From Setoptus koraiensis (lineage: Eukaryota; Animalia; Arthropoda), in assembly GCA_048013815.1 (NCBI GenBank), contig CM106586.1, positions 22,692,001-22,756,000 of the forward strand: a stretch of DNA of 64,000 nt, in the 5' to 3' direction. Positions 63,701-64,000 of this stretch are shown in pieces (positions within the stretch are counted from its first letter, which is position 1; every line of letters begins with the position of its first letter). Below the pieces are notes generated by a model. That model saw only the letters and a list, made by a program, of their open reading frames with translations, did no database searches and was not told where the DNA came from. Made by a program: the position numbers and the translations under genes.

Positions 63701-64000
63701 CAACACACCAAAAACAAAACAACACACACACAAACCACAACAAAACAAAACCAACCACACAACCACAAAACCCCACAACAAAAACAACACACACACAACC
63801 CAAACCCAAAAAAAAACAAAACACACACAACACACAACAAACCCACCAACCACACAAACCACAAAAAACAAACCAAAAAACAAAAACCAAACCACACCCA
63901 AACAAACAAACCACCAACAAACAAAAAACACAACACAAAACCAACAAACCAACCAAAAACCCACACACAACAAACAAAAACACACAACCAACACACCCCA
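60779..64000. other. A/C-only aperiodic tract, probable raw-read or contig-end artefact
   Basis: I saw no G or T over 3222 nt, and no repeat unit. The 1000+ aa minus-strand ORFs exist only because G/T-only sequence cannot encode a stop codon. Confidence 0.8.

Noticed and set aside
60757-63996. Three 1000+ aa minus-strand ORFs (Cys/Val/Gly/Phe/Trp/Leu)
   Set aside because: G/T-only sequence cannot contain TAA, TAG or TGA, so all frames are open trivially. Not genes.
60779-64000. Telomere, or a binary-encoded ASCII message
   Set aside because: Wrong strand polarity and no TTAGG unit. Runs of about 13 identical bases are incompatible with 8-bit printable text.

Overview
Eukaryotic, intron-containing animal DNA. 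Conserved proteins, short GT-AG introns and pervasive (CAA)n repeats suggest a compact-genome arthropod, possibly a mite (inference). Five genes are recognisable, and I built their exon models by hand: an ABHD1/3-type alpha/beta hydrolase (+, 7 exons), a class IV POU-homeodomain factor (acj6/POU4F-like, -), a CYP3-clan cytochrome P450 (-), eEF2 (-) and RpS24 (+). Three long low-complexity ORFs or genes (782-3457, 7269-11568, 49104-50684) have no domain I recognise. About 20 kb upstream of the POU gene is repeat-rich and apparently non-coding. The most striking observation is that the divergent eEF2 and RpS24 genes have mirror-image 5' ends: a ~93-bp imperfect inverted repeat carrying a GTGAGT donor in each arm, each followed by an intron and a homologous 26-nt ATG-terminal mini-exon. 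The second is that three unrelated conserved proteins carry very large in-frame low-complexity insertions: a ~626-aa POU linker, ~310 aa in the ABHD and ~150 aa in the CYP. The last 3.2 kb contains only A and C and is most likely a sequencing or assembly artefact. No database searches or computations were run; coordinates were counted by eye.
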